DNA of 64,000 nt from Eledone cirrhosa. Lineage: Eukaryota. The stretch spans positions 8,246,001-8,310,000 of the forward strand of contig OZ024764.1 of assembly GCA_964016885.1 (NCBI GenBank), given 5' to 3'. Below the pieces are notes generated by a model, which searched no databases, had not been told where the DNA came from, and saw only the letters and a program-made list of their open reading frames with translations. This document shows positions 11,621 through 22,884 of this stretch, in pieces (within the stretch, counting starts at the first letter, position 1; every line of letters begins with the position of its first letter). The position numbers were made by a program, and so were the translations under genes.

Positions 11621-13789
11621 TAAACAATAAAATGCAGGGATTTAATAATAAAATTCAACATGTTTCTTTTTTATTCAGATGAAATATATTTAGTGTATTT
11701 TGTTTTAAAACTCTTCCTAGTTTTCCCTGTAGCAGCTCTGTTGTCTTTAGCAAATATTTCGGTGGATTTAAATGTTTCTTTCAAGATTGAGATCAAAGAC
11801 CGTAAATTGTTGATTCAATTCTTCAGCAGTGCTAAATATTTTCTGAAACTGTAATCACCATTTAATATTGTTAATTAGTCGTTGATTGTCTTGTTGCCTT
11901 AAATCCCCAAAGTATGTGGACGTTCTCTGGTCTGTCGTTTATCCCGTAAAGCGAATGAGAGTACAAGACTCCCTCCTGGACAGGCCACCAGTCCATCACA
12001 GGGTTAACCCCTCCCCCACATATTACTGGTACTCATGTTCAGCTGAATTATACTGGTCTGTATGTCTCATTCTCGTAATCATAGCTGTTAACAGATCGAT
12101 TAATGGCATGACAACCTTCCCGCTCCGTAAGGGTAGGCCCCTTCGGTTAGGAAGGATGACATACGTTGTGACATTTTTTCAAGTGACAACATTGTGTGCT
12201 CAGTGACCAACCCAGGCTTTGCTGCTCGTCATGTCAAAGTATTGGCCACTCTTTGATATGTTTGTGATTGAGATTTTGGCAATGGAGACTTCCAGTGTTC
12301 TTGGCCCCCGCCTGACCAAATTCCCCTTTGCAAGGCTATCGGAGCAGAGTTAGCTACCCACAAGTGTGAGTGCCGTGAGGTGCAGTGGCTGTTTCCGCAT
12401 GTCGCCCTTGCCATCCTCCCTAGCTCCAGAACCACAAGACAGACTGACCCTTAAGTTTCATCTATGGTGCGGGCATGTAGAATATATTTATTTAAGCACT
12501 ATTGTTATTTTAATAAAAAATGAAAAACCTATGTGTTTGTTTTTTATTCACAAAATTAATGTTGAAAATAAACAATAAAATGCAGGGATTTAATAATAAA
12601 ATTCAACATGTTTCTTTTTTATTCACAGGAAATATATTTAATGTATTTTGTTTTAAAACTCTTCCTAGTTTTCCCTGTAGCAGCTCTGTTGTCTTTAGCA
12701 AATATTTCGGTGGATTTAAATGTTTCTTTCAAGATTGAGATCAAAGACCGTAAATTGTTGATTCAATTCTTCAGCAGTGCTAAATATTTTCTGAAACTGT
12801 AATCACCATTTAATATTGTTAATTAGTCGTTGATTGTCTTGTTGCCTTAAATCCCCAAAGTATGTGGAAGTTCTCTCCCGTAAAGCGAATGACAGTACAA
12901 GGCTCCCTCCTGGACAGACCACCAGTCTGTCACAGGGTTAACCCCCCCCACATATTACTGGTACTCATGTTCAGCTGAATTATACTGGTCGTAAAAACTA
13001 AAACAGTTGTAAATTCATTTCAGTTTTCCGATCACTTTCTTCCTCTGTATGTCCATCATTGGTTAACTGTCGATCATTGTTTGTAAAGATCGATATCGAC
13101 TAACTTGTGAGTTTATTTCACCATCATTAAGTCCCAGGTACGATCACACCCCATGAACTGTATAGAGGTCTGTCAGCTGTAATTCAAATGGCCAGTCTTA
13201 TAACACTGAATTACGCATGTGTTCATAATTAACTGCTAGTGCTGTAACATGGCCTGGTTCTTTAGAGGGTACTGTAGCTTGGCCAGTCTTATAACACCAA
13301 GATACTTGGAACATGCGCACTGGGATTGTGAATCTTGCGCTTGCACATTCAACTCCATCCAAAACAAGAAAAAAAGAATGGCCGTCAGTTTGTAGAATGT
13401 TACAAGCTTTACAGAAACTCTTGCTAAATGGTTTAGTTCCCTTCATAATATCGTCATTAGAGGTAGGTGGGATCCATTCCTGGACTGCGTGGTCTTCTTG
13501 AGAAAACATTTTATTTCACGTTGCTCCAGTTTACTCAGCTGTAGCTGGGGGAGTTAACCTTGCGATGGACTGGCGCCCTGTCCAGGGGGTGGTCTTATAT
13601 TCTTAGATGTTTCATGCCATGGGTAAGGACCGGCGTGATGAGCCTCCGAGCTGGGGACAGACTTTAGATATCAACCATTTGAACAGCCTTTTTTTTTTCT
13701 TAGACGTCACCCCTCGGGGTACCGTATGTCTAGTGGAATACACAGCCCATGGGTCTAAATATTGGAAAATTTTGAAGGAATTTAATAAT

Positions 13790-14020
13790 TATTTCTACTT
13801 TAGACACAAGGCTAATAAATTGGGGTGTGGAGGAAGTCGATTAAATAAACCTCCAGTACATTACTGGTACATTATTTATCAACCCCAATGCATTACTGGT
13901 ACTTTATTTATCAACCGTGTAAGGGTGAAAGGCAAAGCTAACCTCGACGAGATTTGAACTCAGACCGTAACTCTGTCCCGTGAAACATGTCCGACGCTCT
14001 ACCGATACTGCCAATCCACC
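13790..14020 (-). mobile_element. SINE family B copy (paralogue of 9125-9690, ~2 units of the 32-bp repeat)
   Basis: Same head and core as 9125-9690. Confidence 0.75.
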
Positions 14021-16680
14021 TCCGTGAAGGAATTTAATAATAAAACCACCTGGCTCGTTAACCTGTTGTGTGTGTGTGGGTCACTTAATCTGGATGGAGA
14101 TCACCTTTGTTGTTCTTCCTCTACCAGATCCAGCTGGAACTCCTCTCCACCTCCTCTGCTATTGTCTTTAGTACTTTGGTCCTGTTCCACCCAGTTACTC
14201 AGAGATATTTCATGAGATTGTAGGCCGATATTTCTACCAACCCTCTCCCTTAATTACAGGTACAGTCATACACTGTTGTGTACAGAATTAAATGTATGAC
14301 AGGGAAACCTACTTTTTAAAGAACTTTCTCCTGTATGTCTGACATTCTCGTAATCATAGCTGAAGTATTTGATCAGTGTTAACAGATCGATATCGATTAA
14401 CGGCATGACAGCCTTCCCACTCTGTAAGGTTACGATGTCATAAATTATGACATTTTCTCAAGAGGCCAAGCTGTCCAAGTATCGACCACTTTTGATATGT
14501 TTGTGATTGGGAGTGGAGACATCCAGTGTTCTTGCTCCCCTCCCGACTATACCCCCACACACGGTTAACGGAGGGGAGTTAGCTACCCACAAGTGAGGTG
14601 CAGTGGCTGTTTCAGTATGTCTCCCTTGCCATCCTCCCTAGCTCCAGAACCACAAGACAGACTGACCCTTAAGTTTCATCTATGGTGGTGACATGTAGAA
14701 TATATTTATTTAAGCACTATTGTTATTTTAATAAAAAATGAAAAACCTATGTGTTTGTTTTTTTATTCACAAAATTAATGTTGAAAATAAACAATAAAAT
14801 GTTTCTTTCAAGGTTTAGATCAAAGACCGTAAATTGTTGATTCAATTCTTCAGCACTGCTAAATATTTTCGTAAAATACTATCCCGTAAAGCGAATGGCC
14901 GTACAACACTGGGTTATTACTGTTACTCATGTTCAGCTGAATTATACTGGTCGTAAAAACTAAAACAGTTGTAAATTAATTTCAGTTTCTCGCTCACTCT
15001 TTTCCTCTGTATGTCCATCATTGGTTAACTGTCGATCAGTGTTTGTAAAGATCGATATCGACTAACTTGTGAGTTTATTTCGCCATCATTAAGTCTCAAG
15101 TTCGATCACACCCCATGTGAAACTGGGTAGACAGAAACTGTATAGAAGAAGTCTGTCAGCTGTAATTCAAATGGCCAGTCTTATATCGCTGAATCTCCCT
15201 GAGAATTACGTTTGTTCATAATTATAGATTAACTTCTAGTGCTGTAGCATGGCCAGGTTGTTTAGAAGGTACTGTAGCATGGCCAATATACTTGGAACAT
15301 GCTAATCTCGCGCTTGCGCATTCAACTTCTAAACAAGAAAAAAACAAATGGCCGTCAGTTTGTAGAATGTTACAAGCTTTACAGAAACTCTCGCTAAATG
15401 GTTTAGCAATGGACAATAGCAGCTTTCTGAAAGGTAACGTAGATTTTTATATTTTGTTGAGATATTTTTGTAAATCTTTCCCTCTTAGTCTCCTTCGTAT
15501 CATCTACTATTTACACCTGCCTAGTTCTTCTCTTGTTAACGTAATCTTAATGAGATACACACTCACCTGTTTCAATACATTGTGAATAGAAAAAAATTTA
15601 AATTCATATTTTTTATTAATAAGTAGTGTAGTTTAAAAATTGTTCCTACTTCTTCCTGGGGGTAGTTCCTTTGTCTTTATCAAATCCTTCTGTCGACTCT
15701 TTCATGGTAGTTTCGACTGTTGATTTGGGGGACTTTCCAAACGCTACCACCTCTTGCAATCTCTCCGAGGTACACACAATAAGTCCAGCTGTTCACCATC
15801 TCTCTTTCTCCCATTTGACTTTGTCGATGGTGGAAATCTTATATTCCGTCTTGTAATGTCGTACATTTAATTCTATACACAACAGTGTATGATGTGAAAC
15901 TTCCTTATTTCTTCCCATAGTGGTGACTGTTGGACTTACGATCATAATGTGATGGTTCCATTCCTGGATCGTGTTATGTTCTTGAGAAAAACACTTCATT
16001 ATACTTAGCTGAGTCTGAGTACCAGCAGTATCTTGGGGTTTATCCCTGCCATAGACTGGCGTCCTAACCAATTTTCCCTTCGTAAGCAATCATTTTAAAG
16101 TTTTGTTTTAGTCTTAATAGTCCAAGAACAGTGTTGATTATTTTGTCAGACACTGGACCATCTGTACTTGTTGGTAATACCTCCAGTGCGTTGGTGTCCA
16201 CTCTAATAGTTTACCTATTGTCTCTGAGGAGACGAGGCCAGCCCATCTATAAGTTCATTGCTGTTGAATCCAGGTTTGTTGCTCTTCATTGTACGATTTG
16301 CTCCACTGTCGTCTGGGCCGGCCCCGAATAGTCCTTGTCTTGATCCTCGTTAGACATAAACGATATCCCGTTAAAACAATGATATGTGTACGTTACACAT
16401 ACATATAAATAGCTTTTATTTCAATTAATTATGAACATCAATAATAAATAACAACTTCGTAAAATAGAATTCAATGTGTTTTTATTGACAAAAACGTATT
16501 TAAATACACGAGAAATATTGTTTATTTCTTCTCTTGTGTTCCTTCTTTACAGATGTCCAGCCAACAAGTGTTCTGTAGAATGAAATAAATTTGTAATAAA
16601 ACAATTGTATCATATACTTTATTGTGTTGTTTATTTATTCCTGGTATGAAGGTAAAATATATTTTAAACAGCCTCATCAA

Positions 16681-17590
16681 GGTTTCGAATCCAGCAGTCG
16701 CTCCAAAAATGGTTGTCCAATAAACAATGTAGACGGTGTCTTCAATGGTTCGAATCTAAGGAAAGAAAAGTAAGTACCAAGGGAATGAAGAGTAAGTATC
16801 AATAAAGAATGTAGAAAGTATCATTGAGGGTTCGAATCCAACAGCCGTCTAAGAACGTATTTACAATCAAGGGTGATAAGTATCAAAAATGTAATAAGAA
16901 CCTTCAAGTATGTAAAGAAAGTATCTCAGGTTCGAATCCAACAGTCGTCTAAGAATGTAGTAACCACCAAGGGTTCTAAGTATCAAGAATGTAAATAAAA
17001 TATCTCGGGTTCGAATCCAACTGTCTTCCAAGAATCTAATTAACCATCAAGGGTTCTAAGTATCAAAAATGTAATAAGAACCTTAAAGTATGTAAAGAGA
17101 GTATCTCAGGTTCGAATCCAACTGTCTTCCAAGAATGTAAAGAAAGTATCAAAGGTTCGAATCTAAGTAAGACAAGAATGTAGTAAGAAGCATCAAGGGT
17201 TAGAATCTAAGTCAAGAATGTAGTAAGAAGATTCTAAGGTTCGAATCCAACTGTCTTCCAAGAATGTAAGTGAAATTGTGGGTTCTAAAAATCTAAACAG
17301 TCTCTTTATATAGAAACTAAGTTGAAGGTTCGAATCCAACTGTCTTGTGAGATTGTGGGTTCTAAGAATCTAAGTCACTCTATATAGAAACTAAGTTGAA
17401 GGTTCGAATCCAACTGTCTTCCAAGAATGTAAGTGAAATTGTGGGTTTTAAGAATCTAAGTTAAGAAGGTTCGAATCCAACTGTCTTCCAAGAATGTAAG
17501 TGAGATTGTGGGTTCTAAGAATCTAAGTCTCTCTATATAGAAACTAAGTTAAGAAAGTTCAAATCCAACTGTCTTCCAAGAATGTAATTA
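16681..17590 (+). repeat. Irregular array built around GGTTCGAATCC (tRNA B-box-like)
   Basis: ~13 motif occurrences (about 16681, 16747, 16829, 16929, 17008, 17109, 17154, 17198, 17238, 17327, 17401, 17468, 17557); a piece recurs at 21843-22008. Confidence 0.8.
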
Positions 17591-17819
17591 ACCTCCAAGG
17601 TTCTTCTAATATGTAAATGAAACTTCAAAAGTGTAATTAAGATTCTCTATTATATTTTCTAAAAAAAAATTTCTTCTAATATGCAAATGAGCTTCTAATA
17701 TGTAAATGAAGCTTTAAGAGTAATTAAGATTCTTTCTATATATAATAAGATTCTTTCTAATACAATTCTTCTAATATGTAAATGAACTTCAAGCTCATTT
17801 GCATATTAGATGAAATTTG

Positions 17820-17982
17820 AAAAAGAATTCTTCACGGTGGTCAGGGACGGGCCTTGCATCTATGTGCCGGCCCCGAATAGTCCCAGGCCGATGCAGTCGT
17901 ACGCCACTACGAATCGAACGCCAGCCAGGGGGACTGGTAGTCTGAGACGCAGATCGCACGCCACCGCGAAGGCCGCAATTCT
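17820..17982 (-). ncRNA. Candidate structured RNA/DNA module, copy 2 (function unknown)
   Basis: Minus strand AGAATTgcggcCTTCGCGGTGG...CCACCGTGAAG-AATTCT-TTTT terminal stem; inner stems tgcatc/gatgca and tcgta/tacga; motifs shared with 3040-3185. Confidence 0.3.
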
Positions 17983-18829
17983 ACTGAGTTAAATAGTGGT
18001 ACTTATGGCTACTTTGGAAACATTTTGATCAAAAAAAAATTAATATATGCAAACGGAACAAAGGGAAGTAATTCTGGATTCAAATATTTTTTTCATAAGA
18101 CAATTATTAATGCATTGGTGGTGCTACGAAGACGGGGTTTTCGATGTCTGCCAACGGATTGTTTAGGGAGTTTAATTATGGGGTTTTATCGAAGTTTGAT
18201 AGTGACCCTTTCTACAATTCAGGACCCTTTAATGTCTACAAGATATTGCGATAGAGACGCAAGTTAGACGTGAGAGGGTAGCCAGCTTTGTTTACATTCG
18301 AGCGATAGCCATAGAAGATTATACAGGTTAGACATGTCTTTTAACCGCTTTTTTGGCGACCTTATGTACATACACTACATGCCTTTGGCCCCCTAAGCGA
18401 GCGTTAGCCACAGAGGACATTGAGCCTTAAAGAGGGGAGGGCATTTAACTTGGGTGTTCTCAGTCCTGGAAGGAGACTGAAGTGTGATACGCACAACACT
18501 GTACAGTCACCAAAGGAGGCAGGAACTGACATATGTACAGTCACCCAACGATCCATAAGACAATAAACATCAGTTTTCGATTGACAACCATAACTACACC
18601 CCGTAACAACACATATAGCACCAGCAACGTATTAATAATTTTCTAATGAAAAATATATTCACACCTGAATTACTTCCATTTATTCCGTTTACATATATTT
18701 TAACAACGAATAATTAAAAATATAGATACAAATGTGACTTAATACGTACCTTGATGGACTCCGGGTTTATGGGTGTTGCCACAGGGGAGGGGTAAAGTGT
18801 ACCATTGACAGATGACCCCAGTTCTTGGG

Positions 18830-21800
18830 ATGTTAAGAGATAGGCCTAACCTTTTATAAGCCGCCGTATGGAGGGACAGCTACCACAATATACTGTATAT
18901 CAGGGGCATTAAAATACAGACCCATTGTTATATTACATGTAACTGTGGGCCATGTGGGGCAACAGCTAACACTATAACAGGGACATTAAAAGAGAGACCC
19001 ACCCATAGATGTAACTGTGGGATGTAGAGAGGAGCCAGCTACCACAATATACTGTATATGAAGGACATTAAAAGACAGAGACAAACAGACCTTATATTAG
19101 ATGTAACGGCTGATGTATGGAGGGACAGCTACCGCAATATACTCTATATGTGGGACGTTAAAAGACAAACACGCCCTTATATTAGAAGGGACAGCTACCA
19201 CAATACACTGTATATCAGGTGTTAAAAGACAGACCCATCTAAAGTTATAACTATAGACCGTATGATCGACAGGGAAGTCAGCAACAGACTGGCAAAGGTG
19301 AGCAGTGCATTTGGTAGACTTTACTAACGATGGAAGATTAAACACGAAGCTTAACTCCTAAATACGCTGGGCAGGGCACGTCGCTAGGATGAAGGACCAT
19401 CGCCTGCCCAGGATCAATCTCAACTCTCTATAGCCGTTCGTGACAGGAGGACCAAATATCAAGAACCTGTGCTGGAGTGTAACGAGAAAGGTTCGCAGGT
19501 ATGGCTATTTCCAGTCGAGGTGGGCTGCAGGAGATTCTTGGCTCAGTGGAATGACAGGGCGAGAGAAGAAGGCTGTAGTTCGCAGGATGAAGGTGTTAGC
19601 AGAAAAGACCTTCTGTTGGCTTTGGAGCAGGAGAGGGGGGATAAGCTGCAAGCTTGGCGATAATAGGTAGTAATTTGGCCACTGCTGACCCACCAGCGTC
19701 CCAATGAACGTAGGACACGGCTGGGCGACATCAGCACCTGAAGGGGAATGAATGTGAGGCATCTTCTTGAAGACGTAATTATGCCTATATATATCATCGT
19801 TTGTCTCATTTAGAGGCAAGTTGGGCCGAGTGACCCTGTCTCAGACCCAACATTATATTAGATGTAACTTGTTGGCTGCAGGGACGTTATAAGACAGACA
19901 CATCCTTATATTAGATGTAATTGTGGGATGTACGGAGGGGTTGCTTCTACTGTATATCAGGGACGTTAAAAGACAGGTTCACCGTTTTATAAGCTACAAC
20001 TGTGGGCCGTCTAGAGGGACAGCTACCACAATATACTGGATATAAGGGGCGTTAAAAGACAAACACACCCTTAGAAGTAATAGATGCACAGTTATCACAA
20101 TATGTGACCAATACATACCTCGATGGATTCCAGATTTAAGGGTGTGGTCAAAGTGGAGGGGACGGTAATGTGTGCCATTGACACATGAACCCAGTTCTTG
20201 GGATGTTAAGAGACAGGCCTAACCTTTTATAAGCTGCAACTGTGGGCCAAACGGAGCGAGAGACAGACCCAAACTTAGATGTAACAGCTGCCGTGTAGAG
20301 GGACGTCTACCACAATACACTGTATATGAGGGGGTGTTAAAAGACAGACCATCTTTAGATATAACTATAGACCGTATGGAGGGACAGCTACCACAATACT
20401 CTGTGTATAAGGGACGTTAACAGACAGACCCATCTTTAGATATAACTATAGCCCGTATAGAGGGGTAGTTATTACAACATACTGTATATAAGGGACATTA
20501 AAAGACAGATCCATAGATGTAATTGTGGGATGTACAGAGGGGCTGCTACATAACTATAGCCCGTATGGGGGGTAGTTATTACAACATACTGTATATAAGG
20601 GACGTTAAAAGACAGATCCATAGATGTAATTGTGGGATGTACAGAGGGGCTGCTACCACTGTATATCAGGGACGTTATAAGACAGGTCCACCTTTTTATA
20701 AGCTGCAGCTGTGGGCCGTATGGAGTTAGAGACAGACCCAACATTATATCAGATGTAATTAGGGGCCGTATGGAGGGACAGCTACACACAACACTTCCAC
20801 TGAAATATGTACTGGCTGTACAGTCATAAAGGAGGCAAGAACTGACGTCTGTACAGTCACCCAACGATCCACAAGACAGTCACCATCGGTTTTCGATTGA
20901 CAACCATAACTACACCCCGTAACAACACATATAGCACCAGCAACGTATTAACAATTTTCTAATGAAAAATATATTCACACCTGAATTACTTCCATTTATT
21001 CCGTTTACATATATTATTTCATCAACGAATAATTACAAATGTGACTATACGTACCTTGATGGACTCCGGGTTTATGGGTGTTGCCACAGGGGAGGGGTAA
21101 AGTGTACCATTGACAGATGACCCCAGTTCTTGGGATGTTAAGATACAGGCCTAACCTTTTATAAGCCGCCGTATGGAGGGACAGCTACCACAATATACTG
21201 TATATCAGGGGCATGAAAATAGACCCATTGTTATATTACATGTAACTGTGGGCCGTGTGGGGGAACAGCTAACACAATATACTGTATATAAGGGACATTA
21301 AAAGACAGAGACAAACAGACCTTATATTAGATGTAACGGCTGATGTATGGAGGGACAGCTACCGCAATATACTCTATATGTGGGGCGTTAAAAGACAAAC
21401 ACACCCTTACACTAGAAGGGACAGCTACCACAATATACTGTATATCAGGTGTTAAAAGACAGACCCATCTCAAGTTATAACTATAGACCGTATGGAGGGG
21501 TAGCTATTACAATATACTGTATATAAGAGACGTTAAAAGACAGACACATCCTTACATTAGATGTAATTGTGGGTTGTAACTATAGACAGACAGACCCAAC
21601 ATTATATTAGATGTAACAGTGGGCCGTATGGAGGGACAGCTACCACAATATACTGTATAGTAGGGACGTTAAAAGACAGCCCTATCTTTAGATATAACTA
21701 TATACTGTATGGAGAGGTAGCTATTACAATCTACTGTTTATCAGGGACAGACACATTATATTAGATGTAATTACCACAATCTACTGTATATTTGGGACGT

Positions 21801-22550
21801 TAAAAGACAGACACATCCTTATATTAGATGTAATTGGGGGTTGTCTAAGAATGTAGTAACCATCAAGGGTCCTAAGTATCAAGAATGTAAAGGAAGTATC
21901 TAAGGTTCGAATCCAACTGTCTTCCAAGAATCTTATTAACCATCAAGGGTTCTAAGTATCAAAAATGTAGTAAGAACGTTCAAGTATATAAAGAAAGTAT
22001 CTCAGGTTGTATGGACAGACAGACCTAACATTATATTAGATGTAACTGTGGGCCGTTATATATACCTCAATATCTCATCAGATATGTGCAAAAACGCAGC
22101 ATGTAACTTTAATTACACACTGACCTAACATATGTAGGGGGCAGCGATCGAGTAATCGCACTGTAGACCCTATCGGTAAAACACCGAGATGGGGACATAC
22201 CCTAGATGCAGGGTACAATCATAATGACAGGGGCCCGGCTCTGCCTCGATATTTCATCAGATATGCAAGTTTATATGTGCATAAAGACAGACCCATTGTT
22301 ATATTACATGTAATTGTGGGCCGTGTGGGGGAACAGCTAACACTGTATAACAGGGACGTTAAAAGAGAGGCCCACCCATAGATGTAACTGTGGGATGTAG
22401 AGAGGAGCAGCTAACACAATATACTGTATATGAGGGACATTAAAATTAGACCAATCCTTACATGAAACAGCTGCCGTATAGAGCGACAGCTATCATAATA
22501 TACTGTAAATGAGGGGCGTTAAAAGACAGGCCCACTCTTTTACCACAGAG
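18830..22550. repeat. Degenerate ~70-75 bp tandem repeat field with block duplications
   Basis: Unit gccgtatggagggacagctaccacaatatactgtatatcagggacgttaaaagacagacccatc.ttagatgtaactgtgg; 18500-19260 ~ 20815-21495. Confidence 0.8.
19285..19780 (+). mobile_element. RTE (BovB-like) 3' fragment
   Basis: CGCTGGGCAGGGCACGTCGCTAGGATG = RWAGHVARMKDHRLPRI; heavily deleted. Confidence 0.55.
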
Positions 22551-22884
22551 AAAGAGTCTTGCTGCTCTCTGGACTGTAAGCTTCAAGGAGATGGAAGTAT
22601 TCCACCAGCCTGCACTTCAGGAAGAGTACCACCCTCCCTATATCAACATTTACCCCCCAGCGAGAGGGTTTAAATATCTTTGTTTACAGTCGAGCGATAG
22701 CCATAGAAGGTTATACAGGTGAGACGTCTTTTTAACCGCTTTTTTTTTTTTTTTTTGCGACCTTATGTAAATAAACTCCATGTCTTTGGCCCTCTGGCCA
22801 CAGAGAAGATCTTACAAGCCAGACAGAGCAGTGAACCTTCGAGAAGGAGACTGAGGTGTGACACACAATACTTCCACTGAAATA

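Larger units (their letters stand above)
8500..15420. repeat. Mosaic local segmental/tandem duplication
   Basis: 8771-9960 ~ 13432-14340; 9970-10482 ~ 12058-12568 ~ 14330-14790; 11621-12057 ~ 12569-12990; 12960-13435 ~ 14925-15406. Confidence 0.85.

Noticed and set aside
16681-17590. tRNA gene cluster
   Set aside because: Only T-loop motifs; no A box, anticodon arm or acceptor stem.
17866-17982. HDV-like ribozyme or RNase P RNA (GCCGGC..GTCCCAG; GTCTGAGAC; CAATTC)
   Set aside because: Could not build the nested double pseudoknot or the P4 pairing; only short word similarity.
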